DNA from: Octopus sinensis
Lineage: Eukaryota
Direction: 5' to 3'
NCBI RefSeq assembly: GCF_006345805.1
Contig: NC_042998.1
Span: 125,984,001-126,048,000, forward strand
DNA length: 64,000 nucleotides
In this document: piece by piece, positions 1 through 13,942 of the stretch
How positions within the stretch are numbered: the first letter of the stretch is position 1
Layout of the letters: each line of letters begins with the position of its first letter
Notes under the pieces: generated by a model
What the model saw: the letters and a program-made list of their open reading frames with translations, nothing else
Told to the model about the DNA's origin: nothing
The model's database searches: none
Made by a program: the position numbers and the translations under genes

Positions 1-1167
1 ACAGCCTTTACTTTTTTTGATTGCCAATGTGCATTTTCGCTTATTTTTCTTCTTACTTTCCCCTTACATTTCCACATGTAGTTTCTGTATTCTTTTTGTA
101 ACATATTTCTATTATATACATGTGTGTGTGTACATATACACACACACACACATATATTAGGGCAAAAGAAATCATCGAGACCTACGTAACTGAAATTTAT
201 CGCAAGCCGGTTTGTAAAAGGAGGAATTGGGTGAGCATTAACTAGATGATTTGGGCTGGATAACCATTTGGTTTCCTTATTTCATTTCCATTTAATCTTA
301 TTTATTTAGGCAAGTTGGTTCGTTTGTTTTTACACACGTGTATCTATATGTATGCACGTGAGTGCGACTCTATGTATACTCATGTGAGTGTTTTTTTAAA
401 CATTCTAGCACACTAACCGCAAACTGCCTCCTTCTTGAATTCCATTCCCGACTGCTTATTCCTCCAACTTCTATAAACTTGAAACAGAACACCAGCTATA
501 AAAAAGTTTTCAAAACTGAGATTAGTTTTTCTTTGCTGAGGTGTTTCCCCAATTCTTCTATAAAGGGTGTCTGGATGTTTCTGATGCAGCGAAACTGCGT
601 CAGTGGCTCAGTTGCAGCCAGTATGATGAAATTTTGACACCAAATAATAAATGCTTAAGTGCAGTTAGCATTCATTGATTGTTTTTGACTGGCTAATATA
701 AGTCTTTCATGCTGTAATTGTTTTAGTTACATCATACGGTTTCAGATCAAATAACTTATCTAGGAAGTACATCTCCGAAACTTTAGACATCAGTATTCCT
801 AGATATGTCATGCCCTTCATCATCGAAGCTTTCATGAAAGGAGTGGGATTGTAAAAATACAAAATATAATTCAAGCAAAATAAAATCGACTATAAACAGA
901 ATAACAATATTGTTCATTCTTCCCAACTTTGTAGATAATATATAAGATATATGATCACGGATCACAGTGCCTGTGAGGTCCCCAAGTGATCTCTCGCTCG
1001 ACCTGCTTTAAATAACTTGTCAAATACCCCTTAAATTACACTCTCCTTCTTAAAAAAATTAGTAAGAATATACATACTGGAAACCTAAATGTCTGAAGAC
1101 TTATGTCTGAGAAAAATGATGAAGTCACCCCTGAATAAACAATAACAAATTACTTTTTATATCTTAT

Positions 1168-1520
1168 TTTTTTACTTGTTTCAATCATCGGACTTGGACC
1201 ATGCTGGAGTATCGCTTTGAAAGGCTGAGTCGAACGAATCGACCCCGGTAGTTACTTTTTAAGTCTAATGCTTATTCTAACTGTCTTTTGCCGAAATGCT
1301 AGGTTACGGGATTTTAAACAAACCAACATCGGTTGTCAAATGGTGGGGAGGAGACGAACTCGAATATAAAGACACATACATATACAAAGAGCTTCTACAC
1401 AGTTTCCATCAACTGAATTCACTCACAAGGCATTGGTCGGCCCGAGGCTATAGTAGAAGACATTTGCCCAAAGTGCTGCGCAGTGGAATTGGATCCGGAA
1501 CCGCGTGGTGGCAAAGCTAA
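1168..1520 (-). mobile_element. tRNA-derived SINE (family B)
   Basis: Reverse complement aligns along its length with the + copy at 22790-23147. Confidence 0.85.
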
Positions 1521-2649
1521 TCGAACTTATTAAAAAATATTCCTTGTTGTGAGACAAGCTAAATATGAAAGTTAATTTATTCATTTATTTATTTATTTAA
1601 TGACAAAAGTTTTACCATTCGGACCTTTTTTTTCTCTTCTAAAATGCCTTTGACAAATAACAAGACTTGAAACTTAGGTGGATGCTCTAACGTAGATAGG
1701 GGTGGGATCTACTCCAACCGGCACTTTGGGGTTTGCTGTAGGCAATATGTGTTTTTTTGTGTGGTCTGGGGGCGGCAAACAGAAGGGCCGCCCCGAGCGG
1801 TACGCACTCTAGCTACGCTTGTGGATGGGTGGATATTAAAATGATTTCTCCTACTTGCGTTTTACATGCTGTTGTAATGAGAAGGAAATAACAAATCTAG
1901 ACTTGTGGAGGCCTTAAACCATAGAAAGTTTGTTCAGAAATCACACAAGATTTCACAAAATTAAAAAGATACATAACGTATAAGCTTTTTAATTATCTTA
2001 AGGTCTATTCGGTCTCTCAGATCCTAAGCTATAACTTGCTTAGTTTATGCTTAAATCTGTCACAGCTGTACTCAGAAATAGATTTAACGCTTTGCTCGGT
2101 TTAACACAATTACGTGGGCTTTGGTGGTTTTACAAGGATCTACTATATTGCAAGCATTCAGAGTAGAATTCTGGTCTGAGGATAACTCGGTATTGAGTTC
2201 TCTTGATACTTCCTATTGTAGCAACCAATCTATGGCTCTTCCTCCTTTGATTTACCCCCCATTTCCGTTACCACCAATCATGGAAGTCACACAAAAGGTC
2301 ATACTACTACCTTATTTTATTTGACATAACTATAAAAACTTTTTAAATTTCAAAATGGAATTTCACCGAAGTTAGCATTTAACCTTGATTTCTTTGTCGT
2401 TGAGTATATTCATGTTATGATCAAAAAGGGCCTGCAAAAACTATCATTTAAGAGACAGTTCGAAGGGAAGAGACAGGAAAATGATATTATGAAATGGAAG
2501 ATTAGCAATGTCTTCAAGTCTCAAAGGACAACATGGAAGCCGAAAGGAGTGGAAATGCCAAACTAGCGATTATAAAATGTTGCACCAAATGCACTCATGG
2601 CCCGCCAGGATCTGAGACTGATGATGACTGTGAAGGGGTTGTTGACGAT

Positions 2650-3119
2650 ATCAATGTGGTAGTGATGGTGCTGCTGCTGTTACTGCTGTTGTTGGTCGTG
2701 GTGACGTTGGTGGTAGAGGTGGTTTTGATAGTGGCGATGGTGGTAGTGGTGTTTGTGATGGTAGAAATGGTGATGACATCACAACGACGATGACGTTAAT
2801 AGTGATAGCGATGATGATGATGGTGGTGGTGGTGGTGGTGGTGGTTTTGGTGGTGGTGGTGGTGGCCCAAATTTACGTGGTTTATTAATTGCACTAACTT
2901 CACCCAGTTGTATTTTTGCCCAAGAGCACCTACAAATGACACAAACTAACGAATTATACGCATTGAGGCACAAAAGCATGCATGCATACATACATACATA
3001 CATACATACATACATACATACATACATACATACACACATACATACATACACACATACATGCATACATACATACATAGAAACAAACAAGTATACAAATATG
3101 CATACATACATACATGCAT

Positions 3120-3150
<31 letters not shown>

Positions 3151-3467
3151 TACATACATACATACATACACACATACATACATACATACATACATGCATA
3201 CATACATACATACATACATACACACACACACATACATACATACATAATACATACATGCATACATACATAGAAACAAACAAGTATACAAATATGCATACAT
3301 ACATACATACATGCACACATACATACATGCATACATACATACACACACCCACACACACACACACACACATTACACGCAGACATATGCATGTAAAGTATCT
3401 TTAGAAAAATATTCTAAACTCTGCATAAACAGCAGAAATGTATGTTTTATTTCTTTCGTTTTTCTGG

Positions 3468-3510
<43 letters not shown>

Positions 3511-4985
3511 GCACGCACACGCACACACACACCAAAAACAATAAATAAAAATTACAACAGATTCAAGAGAAAAGCATGAAAATTCTGCCCTTAACTAGAT
3601 TTTCTTTAACTTTATAATTTGTTTTATAGTTTCTCTTTTTAACAATTATATTTTTAAAAATGCATAAATGGGTTTTTCGTTCAAATTTTATATTCTGAGG
3701 TTTGTTGATACTTGTTCATGATTTTGATTTTCTTGTTGTTTTCGTTGCTGTAGGTGGTAGTGATTGATGCTGTTAGTGGTACTGGCCTTGGTGCTGTTCT
3801 TCTTGTTGTTATTGGTGGTTGTGGTTGTTGTTGTAGTGGTGGTTGATATTGTTGGTAGTGGTGTTGGCGAAACTAATGGTTACAATATTGGTGTTTATGG
3901 TAATGGTAGAGGTGGTAGTGATGATGGTGGTGGTGGTGGTGGTGGTGGTGGTGGTGGTGGTGGTGGTGGGGCTGGGTGTGGCGGCGGTGGTGCTAATGGT
4001 GGTAGTGTTGTGTGTGGTGATGGTGATGGTGATAGTATTGGGGGGACGATGGTGTTGTTGTAGTTGGTGATGCTATTGGTGGTGTCAGTGGTGGTACTAG
4101 TGGTTCTGTTGATAGTTGTGGTGGTGATGCTTATGTTGCTGCTGCTGTTGTTGTTGTTGTTAAGCAACAAGACGGATAAGGGTGATTAGGTGATGGTCTA
4201 GGGCTTAGGGGCGGGTGACCCCAGACCTTGGGAAAAAAAAACTTTGTCTTGTTGTAATCGGGGGCTCTTCGTTGACGCCCGACACTACTGGGAGGTGGCC
4301 TTCGAAGTCGCTTGAACGGCTGCTGTTGCTGTTGTTGTTGTTGTGGTTGGTGGTGGTGGTGGTGGTGGTGGTGGTGGTGGTGGTGGTGGTGGTAGTATAC
4401 TTTCCACCGGTGGCGTCCTTCTGGTGCTGAGAGTAGATTTGCTGTCGTCGCTGTGTTGATCATTGTCGATGATTGTAGCGGTGGTAGTTGTAATAGCTGT
4501 CACCGTTTTTGTGATGACTGTTAGGGTGGTTGCCATGGTGACAGTTTTTATGATAGATTTAGTGGCGGTAGTGGTGGTGGTGGTGGTGCTGGTGGTGCTG
4601 GTGCTGGTGGTGGTGCTAGTGGTGGTGCTGGTGCTGGTGCTGGTGGTAGTGGTGGTAGTGGTGGTGGAGGTGGTGGTTGTTGTGGTGGTGGTGGTGGTGA
4701 TGGTGATGATGGTGAGGTAGTTGTCGGTGTGGTGGTGGGAGTTTTCGCTGTGGTTGTGATACCAGTGGTAGTAACTGTAGTGGTTTTGGCAGTGGTTGTA
4801 GTAAAGGAGAGGATGGTGCTCGACCTGTTTGAATTCGTGGTACGTGGTGGAGGTAGTTGTGTAAGTGGTGGTGGTGGTGGCGGTGGTGGTGGGGTAGTGG
4901 TGGTTGGGGTAGTGGAGGTAGTGGTGGAAATGGTGGGGGGGATAGTGGTGGTGATAGTGGTAGAGGTGGTGCTACTCCTGTTGAT
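2650..4985. repeat. Compound microsatellite field: (TGG/GTG/GTT)n (2650-2870, 3730-4985), (CATA)n (2978-3372) and (CA)n
   Basis: Directly visible. It explains the poly-V/G/P/T and YIHT/MYVC ORFs. Confidence 0.95.
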
Positions 4986-5318
4986 AATTGTGGTATTTTG
5001 TTCCATATTTTGTAAACTGCTGAATATATGCAAATAGTAAGATTTGTAATTTAATGCCAAGTGGCAAGAACAACAGCAACAGAGTAAACGACAAAACAAA
5101 ACAAAAAAAATAATGTCAAGACTAAGCAACAACAAGAACAACAAAAGCAAATTGATAAACGATATTATCAGCACGAGCCAATGAGGGAGAAGGGCTCGGT
5201 ATCAATGGTCTTTAGTTATTTTGACTTCGTGGCATGTTAGAGATCAAATGGAACTGTAAAAAAAAAAGGATAACTGCATTAAAGTTTAAAAGTTAGGAAA
5301 CAATGCACAAAAAAAACA

Positions 5319-5874
5319 AATGTTTCCTTAAGTTGTGCGCTTGTGCGCGCGCACATGCATTGCACTTAGCGCACAAATGAAAAATGTGCGCACGCAAGGT
5401 TTTCAAGATGAAATCGAGTTTTTTATTTATTTTTTTAATTGAAGATCCTTAATTGTATGGATGTGCACAAACTTTGCATAGACAAACAAAATTTGCACAC
5501 AAGCAAATTCGTGTACACACCCACATTGCACTCAACTATTGATTACTTAGCTTTCTTTCTATATAAGATGCCGAATTGGTAGAGCCGTTAGAGTGCCGGA
5601 TAGAAAGCCTCGTGATATATGCCCGACTCTCTGCATTCTAATTTCAAATTCCGCCGAAGTCAAGTTTGCTTTTCGGGTATCATTTTAAGATGTATCAGTC
5701 GAATGCGGTAGGTTTATGGAATTGATAGAGCGTCGGAAGAATGCCTTGTGGTATCTGTTCCGACTCTGCAATCTGAGTTCAAATTTAGCCCCGTCATAGA
5801 AAAACATTGATACTCCTGTCAAGCGTTGCGGCAGGCGCACAGTATCCGCAACTTAGAAACCCCAATGGAAACAT
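5319..5874. mobile_element. Possible old hAT-like non-autonomous element containing SINE fragments
   Basis: Ends atgtttcc-ttaagttgtgcgc and gcaacttag...ggaaacat form imperfect inverted termini, with GCGCAC-rich subterminal motifs. No TSD confirmed. Confidence 0.3.
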
Positions 5875-6686
5875 AATTTGCTTCGTTCGATCAGAAGATC
5901 AATAGCTATCCCTTTATTTTATTATTGTGTATGATTTAATTATGATTTTTTAAGACATAATGGATTTTCTGAAGCGTTGAAATAAATTTTTAAAGCTCTG
6001 TTACGTACCTAGAGACCGCTTGCGGTGCACTGTTTGAAAATCAATGCTTCTCGCTGTGTCGGTCGACTTGCGGGAAACCGCAGCCGAAATCCCTCAAACC
6101 ACACCCAGCTGTCTTAAAAAGTAACGTCCCATAAGGCAATGGGATAGACACGGCTGGAACGCCTTTGATCATATGTTAGCTAAATCAAAGCCAAAAACTA
6201 AAACTAAATAACATCTTTAGCTGCAGCTGCAACAAAATGCAATAAAAATATCAGTAACAGCTGCATCAACATCAGCAACAATAACAGCAAAGCAAACTGA
6301 GCAATAACAACAGCAACAACAATAACTATAATTAAGTTGGGCTCTCAATCTCTTTGTAACAAATCACAACAAACGAAAAATACCATATATAATATATTGT
6401 GTTATCATAGGTTGCACGTAGACCTTACTCACAGACCACGTACACCATGCAGCTAAAATATTCCAAATGGATGACCACTTGAACATGCAGTACAGATGTC
6501 ATAGAAAACTTTAGAGCGTGTTGCAACAGCAACCTATGTTTCGTGCATGTTCTTGTCATACAACATGTTCAATCACTCGCAAGCACAATGACACATCAAC
6601 AATGCCCTAATGAAAAAAAAATACTGCTACACCATCTTAAGAATAATATCCTTCTAACTCAGTCCAGACAAACGGGGAAAGCACTC

Positions 6687-6780
<94 letters not shown>

Positions 6781-7304
6781 TAGAGACAGAGAGGGAGAGA
6801 CACAGACAGACAGACAGACAGAGTAATCAGCTGCATCTGATTAGTTCGTAACATTGTACGGTGATGCAATCCAGATGTTAATGCAGAGGTGCAGCAATTA
6901 TTGCGACCTGATTTTGCATTAGCAATACCATCCCAAAATATAAAGAGATGGACTAACTAGGAAGCTTCCACGTAGACACTCACCCTGCAAGAAATAACAG
7001 ACAAATTTTCATCAAGCTACATCCTATGGTGCTTAAAATCAGAAGGACACATTAGATAATGTGCCTCTAAACTGACGTGCTTCTAGATTATGTCTGAGGA
7101 AATTGACGGGATGGTCATGCTGGGGAGCCTTTTGATCATGGTTCGCTCAATCGAGCTGGTATGGCACTAAACAACAAGGAACGAACTAAAACATATTCGA
7201 CGGTATCAAAACTGCAACATGACCAGACGGCCCCTTTACATATAATGAAACAAACCCCTCCATGTTGGATGGGAACATGCGGTCTTCAGCTATGTGAAGA
7301 TGCA

Positions 7305-7495
7305 GAGAGCTGGCAGAATCGTTGGCACAACGGGAAAAATGCTTAGCGGCATTAAGTCTGTCTGTATGTTCAGAGTTCAAATTCTGCCGAGGTTGATTTT
7401 GCCTTTCATCTTTTCGGGGTCGCTAAAATAAGTACCAGTTGAGTTATCGATTTATCCCCTCCCCCAAAATTGCTGATCTTGTGTCAAAAATTTGA
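7305..7495 (+). mobile_element. tRNA-derived SINE (family A)
   Basis: gagctggcagaatcgtt (A box), gagttcaaattctgccgagg (B box), ttgcctttcatc..ggggtcg..aagtaccag body shared with many other copies. Confidence 0.85.
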
Positions 7496-9299
7496 TAGTG
7501 GTATACTTGGAATTCTGAATCTGTATCTACTGACTACTTTCGTACCAAAGTCATTATGGTCAACGCTGACCTGGGACAAAGCAATAATAACAGCAACAAT
7601 AACGTATACAGCAACAGTAAAAGAATAACTATGTCATCAAAAACAACTCATATATGAGTGGCACGTGTATTCATACATACACTTGCATATCTATTCACTC
7701 ACAAAATCTTTACATAAACGCACCAACGTATAGACACAGCTGCAAATACATACACACACACATACACAGAAGTATACACATACAGACACACTCAGACACA
7801 CACACACACACACACACACACACGCGCGCGCAGTTCACACGTACGCACTCGCAGACTCATAGATACAAAGACACACAAACACTCAGACACACAAACACAC
7901 AGATACACAGTCTGGCGAAAACGAAAAAAAAAAGACACGAATAAACGTAATAAAGCAGACATGTGCCGGTGTAGACACGTATGCTGGAACGCACGCATGA
8001 AAACGTGAATGTTTGTATATACATACACAAGAACACAAGAATAATACATTATACACGTGAACACTTCATTTTGAATAACCACATGCAATGAAAAGAAAAA
8101 ATGCCTACATAGACGTATATCTATAAACAAACACACAAATCTATATAAACTACATATATGTTACACATGGTGCACTGAAATTCTATTACAATTAAACGGC
8201 AATACATATATCTATGTATATGTGTATGTAAGTGAGTGAGAGACGCGCGTGTATGCGAGTATGCGTATATGTGCATAGTAAGTTTTAATTATCCATTTAA
8301 TGGAAGTTTAATTTTCATTCTGTCATTTTTCCCCAGTTTCATGCTTGACAATCTTCCAGGCGACAGATGCATTGATATAAAATGTGTACGTGCGTGCGTG
8401 CGTGCGTGCCTGCCTGCCTGCCTGCCTCTGTGTGTGTGTGTATGTGTGTGTGTGTGTGTTGTGTGTGTGTGTGTGTGTGTGGTGTGTGTGTGTGTGTGTG
8501 CTTGAAAAAAGATGTGAAGTCGAAAAGAGGAAAGATGAAAAGGAAAAAATGTGGAAGAGAAGTGTTTTGTAAGACGAGAACGGTGGGATAAACACAACGG
8601 TGGATAGCGGAGGTTAACGGTGAGAAATGTTTTAAATGTTAGCACCGAATTTATACATATATAATATATATATATATAATTGCGTTATCAGTGACCTCTC
8701 TCCTCTGGTTTTTCTCTCGTCTTCTCTCACTCTCCCTTTCTCTCTCTCTCATTTTCTTTTTCTCTCTCCTCTCCTCTCTCTCTCTCTCTCTCTCATGCAC
8801 ACTCACTCTCTCACACACATACACACACACACACAAACACACACACATAAACAGCACACATATTTACAGAGTCCCATATAAGATGTCTGTGTGTGTGAGA
8901 GTTTTACGCGCGCGCCATGTATATAGTCATATAGTCATATGTGTGCATGCGTGTGAGTATACGCATATATATATATGTGTATACATTGAATGTATGGCTT
9001 AACTATATATACAGCTATCTATTTATCGATCTAACTCTCTATCTGTCTGCATTCTATTATGCATTCACAATAATCCGCTGGAGACTACGGAATAGGCTCT
9101 ACGTTGACACTTGATATGAGAGAAATAGTACCTAATCTACCTCAAGTCCAACCCTGTTATCTAAAACAAGGAAGAACATGTTGGATAACGTGAAACACGA
9201 TAAACCGAAAAGAACGAGATGATCATGGTTGAATGCATTTCATTATAGATTCGCTAGGTTCAAGATTGATAAGAGGCAACACAACATCAATATAACCTC

Positions 9300-10420
9300 A
9301 TTAGACATTTAGGCCGAAAGCGGAGTCACATTATCGAGGATGAAATTGATAGGAGGCGTTTGTGAACTTGATTTTTCAAAGCCTGAATTTTACTCTCAGA
9401 TTGGAACGTTCGAAAGATTGTTATATATTTTAATAGTTGAATATCTTTGAATTGAGTACCAAGAGGATGTGTGCAGATAAGAAAAAACAACATACAACAT
9501 CTTTCGTATTGCTGCTTTCTTACATATCTCTCAGCCCCCTAAGTCTTGTAGTTTGTGTGCTTTTGAAGTGTACTACTGTTGTAACAACCGCTTTTCTGTA
9601 ATGCGAGTTGCATTTGGACAGTCCTTGTAATGTAGGTACATTTTGATCAGACTCTGTTTTACCAAATGTGAGGACCCTGCGAATTTTCTTCAGAACTGAG
9701 TTAAATTGACTAAATATACTATGTAAATCATTCATCCATGTTAGAGATTAATGTTTCAAACTTGTGCGTCGTATATGGCTTCCCCGCTTTCGAAACCTTT
9801 GTGCAGCTCTGTTTGAAGTACTGGAAATATGTTCTGGATACGCAAGATTATTGCTGGTAATAAAATCCAATATTTCAAGCTATTTTTATATAAACATATT
9901 AACATCCCAAAATGCAATTCAAGGTTTGGTGGACTTGTCGTTGAGAACATCCAAATATTTGCTTTGAACTTCGATGATGCAAATTTGACCGTCAGTCATT
10001 TGTTTAATCTTTCGCTTTAGCGAGTTTCTGTTTAAGCTGACAATGCAATCTCTTCGATATATTGAAGAAAATACTGTGGAATCGTCAGATTATAAGATCG
10101 CCTATGAAAACTAACCACTTAATCATTATTGAATGAAAAGGTGACGAGTTTCATTAATATAGCTTGCGACTACTGAAGTTGTTTCGGAGTATCCTCTTTG
10201 ATTTTAGCCAGGTATAGAATCCTCCGTACCAGACTCAGGCAAAGATCCTTTGCCTTCCAAGGTTATGATATATATATTCTTTCAAACTCGTACCCAGGCA
10301 ATTGTTTCATATCTTGGAAAGGATAGTGAGATGGTTCACTGCACAATGATTCGTTCAGAAACTGGACTGCTTCTTGAAATTTGATTTCTTCCACACGTGA
10401 TTTTGAATTTCTTCATAACC
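9300..10420 (-). mobile_element. Possible highly decayed LINE (RTE-like) remnant
   Basis: Non-simple sequence whose minus-strand peptides (FGMLICLYKN, YRKAVVTTVVH) weakly echo RTE post-RT motifs. Not decisive. Confidence 0.25.
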
Positions 10421-10471
10421 TGCTGATTTTTTTAATTTGGCTATTACACTAATTCGATATATAATTCGGTA

Positions 10472-10769
10472 GTGAAGGCACGTGGCTTAGTGGTTAAGGT
10501 ATTCAGCTCACGTAAGGTCGTGAGTTCAATTCCCGGCGACGCGTTCAAGACGCTATTTCAGGTTGCTCCAGTCTACTCAGCGGGCAAAAATGAGTAGTAT
10601 CTATATTTCAGTGGGCCAGCCTTGTCACGCTCAATCTCCCTGAGAACTACGTTAAGGGTACATGTGTCTGTCGAGTGTTCAACCACTTGCACGTTAATTT
10701 CACGAGCAAGCTGTTCTGTTGACGGATCAACTGGAACCGTCCTCGTCGTAACCGATGGAGCGCCAGTTT
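10472..10769 (+). mobile_element. tRNA-derived SINE (family C), full length, 14-bp TSD
   Basis: A box TGGCTTAGTGGTTAAGG and B box GAGTTCAATTCC (10522-10533). Exact direct repeat TATATAATTCGGTA at 10458-10471 and 10770-10783. Confidence 0.9.
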
Positions 10770-11051
10770 TATATAATTCGGTATTTTGATTGATCAGCGT
10801 TGAATTCCGAATAATGTAGATATTATTCATTTTGAAAGAAACCGTAAGGAACACGCAAAATACACGTCAGAAATGGCAAGCTAGTTCTTTTCGGTATTCG
10901 TACAAGACTTTTGCCCGAATTTAGAACTGGACCAGTGGTTTTATCAGTTTTGAATCAACACGTTTACCTTCATAATTTGTATAGTCCTTTTGATATACGA
11001 TCATATGCTTGTGTGACGGTGAGTGTCTGAATCTGTGTGTATGCGTGTCCG

Positions 11052-11107
<56 letters not shown>

Positions 11108-11310
11108 GAGTACATCGGAGGGATGATAATCAAGGCTGTATCCACGTGAAGCTCATCTACTTATTCCAGTAATCAAATGTATGTATGTAAATGTTTTATT
11201 CTAAATGAGATAATCATATCCATAAGTTGAAATTCCTGGCGTAACACAGATTTAAAATGATACCACATATTCCAATCTTTGTTTCATCACATACATACAT
11301 ATGTATATAC

Positions 11311-11348
<38 letters not shown>

Positions 11349-11406
11349 ATACACATATATATATATGTGTATGTATATACATACATACATACATACATAC
11401 ATACAA

Positions 11407-11467
<61 letters not shown>

Positions 11468-11822
11468 ATATATATAATATATATATAATAGAGCTGAGAT
11501 TAAAATTTCGCGGGTATCACGTACAAATATGTATGTGTGTATACGCGTGTCAATATTGCAATTTGTAAACGAGGGTGGAAGATGAAGAGTATATTGTTTA
11601 TTTAAAATTATTTTTGCCTTACGACTCGAGTTTCACTCACACATCATATCTACTGTTGATGTCACGACTCCCAAATTGCTTACAAGTTCTCTGCAGTCGG
11701 CTACCAACATATGGAAATAACTTCCGGAAGCTGCAGTTAGAGCCATCTCAGCGGATGGAAAAACCGAGCGCTCAGATTACCTCTTGCACACACACACATA
11801 CACACATACACACACACGCACA

Positions 11823-11871
<49 letters not shown>

Positions 11872-12313
11872 TAATTTAGTCTTCTGTCGAAACTGACATT
11901 TTCTTTCATCAGGAAGGATTACATATGTACTGAGCACGTGGTGAGGTTGCGTCAGTCGACTGAGCTCGGTCAATGAAATACGCGGCCTTGTACTAATCTA
12001 AGATATTGTAATATTTTTCTAAAGGCAAATCCCCTCGTTAATCGCTTTTGTAAATATTTGTAGGTGTAAAGCCCCAGATTCAAATGTAGAGCTAATGTAA
12101 CCTGTTTACCTATAGTTTAGCTTAAGACAATTGAAGTTTAAGAAATTAATTTCAATATTTTATTTTGCTTTGTGTGAAGCTATCACACACTTACAAACAA
12201 GGGAGTAGTGAAAAAAAGGATGCGTGCGCACGCGCGCGCACATACACACATTAATTTATTCATAAGAATTGTAGAGCGATGGAGCAATAAAAAATATATG
12301 ACAAATTGATTTC

Positions 12314-12630
12314 AAATTTTGGCACACGGCCAGAAATTTCAAGAAAAAGGGTAAGTCGATTACATCGATCTCAGTGTTCAATTGGTACTAATTTTATTAA
12401 CCCCGAAAGAATGAAAGGCAAAGTCGACCCCGAAGAATTTGAATTCAAAAGGTAAAGTCGGAAGAAATATTATGAGTATTATTTCCGTCGCGGTAATGAT
12501 TCTGCCAGTTCTCCGCCTTGATAGAATGACATTGAATACCGTAAGGCATTTAGTTCCATCTTGTTATGTTCTAAGTTCAAATCCGACCAAGAACAACTTT
12601 ATCTCTCATCTCTCTCGAATAAATAAAATA
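12314..12630. mobile_element. Family A SINE on minus strand (12314-12520) abutting a related + strand SINE fragment
   Basis: aaattttggcac..taagtcgattacatcga..aggcaaagtcgacc..ttctgccagttctccgcc, then ..ttctaagttcaaatccgacc.. Confidence 0.7.
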
Positions 12631-13762
12631 AATAACTAGCATTCAATTGGTTTTAGACCTCTTCTTGTACCATTGTTATAACTTATTATCTATTACCACT
12701 ATCACATTAATATAGTTTGATGCCTTTCGGATTCGTTTTGCTGCATTTGTTGCAATAACCTGTCACCGTTCTTATATATTTCTGTTGTTAGACGATCTTC
12801 TGCAATCCCTTCTTCGAGATATTTTAATAATTTTCATATCCCTTCACCAAGGCATGACAATTATGAATTGTCGGTGATAGACAAGAGCGTGGCCAATGGC
12901 GCAATCTTCCAGGCGTTTGGTTACTTCTGTTCGGCACCGTACGTTGTAAGCCGATATGTTAAAAACAAACTTTTTCTAGAAAAATATAAAGACGTCATTG
13001 CAAATGGGAGATATCAACCTACTAAACCATCAAAGGATCGTATAGGGGTTTTATAGATACCATTATTTACGGGACTGAAACATGCCTCGGCGTGTCCATA
13101 ACTTTTGGGTTGAGACGAATAAAATAAATAAAAGAAACAATATAGAGATAGACATCGAATGGTGTTCAAATACGAAGTAGATTACTCAATACATGTAATA
13201 TAAATTACTACTTATTTATATATCTGTTCATTCAGAATTTATCGTTCTTTTTTAATGCCATTATGCCGAAATATTGATAGTTGCTGAGTAAGCCATTAAA
13301 GAGATTACATAACAACGACTATCTATAAAAGTGTAATATTGCTTAATATTAGAATAAGATATTTGTCAACAAAGATCTCATGTAAAGCAGACTAAGGAAA
13401 TTTATTACACGGAAAGCAAATACCACAGAAAAACGACAATCTAGAAAAGATGTAAAATGTATAGAATTCTTTTGTAAAAACCAGCTTGTACGTGACGTGT
13501 AGCCGTCGTGTGAGACATTCACAACATAGTAAACACGTCAAATATCTTATACCACTATAGCAAATACAAATTAAGTTTTGCTTTTTGTTGGTTTTTTAAA
13601 GAGAAATAAGGAATTCAGGCTTAGATGTGTGCTGAATATATGAAAAATAAACGCCTGAATTAATTTTTTATCTATGTATGTGTATTTACGTAGTTATAAT
13701 CCAGAATTTCAAGACAGTATTTAAATTATATCTGTTGCCGCCGCTCTTTCTCTATACATGTG

Positions 13763-13824
<62 letters not shown>

Positions 13825-13901
13825 CACACACACACACACACACACACATACGCACGCACACACATTCACACTTATATACATATATGTATATATATATGTA
13901 A

Positions 13902-13942
<41 letters not shown>

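Noticed and set aside
2779-3544. Many YIHT/MYVC/CVCV ORFs here and at 8.2-9.0, 11.2-11.6, 13.7, 18.0, 30.1, 33.4, 41.3, 57-59.5 and 62.3-62.9 kb
   Set aside because: Translations of (CATA)n, (CA)n and (TA)n microsatellites, which lack stops in some frames.
10472-10545. tRNA-like sequences with A and B boxes (also 7305, 22790, 34750-34817, 56100-56172)
   Set aside because: They continue into shared non-tRNA bodies and tails, one has a TSD, and none shows a complete cloverleaf. They are SINE heads, not tRNA genes.
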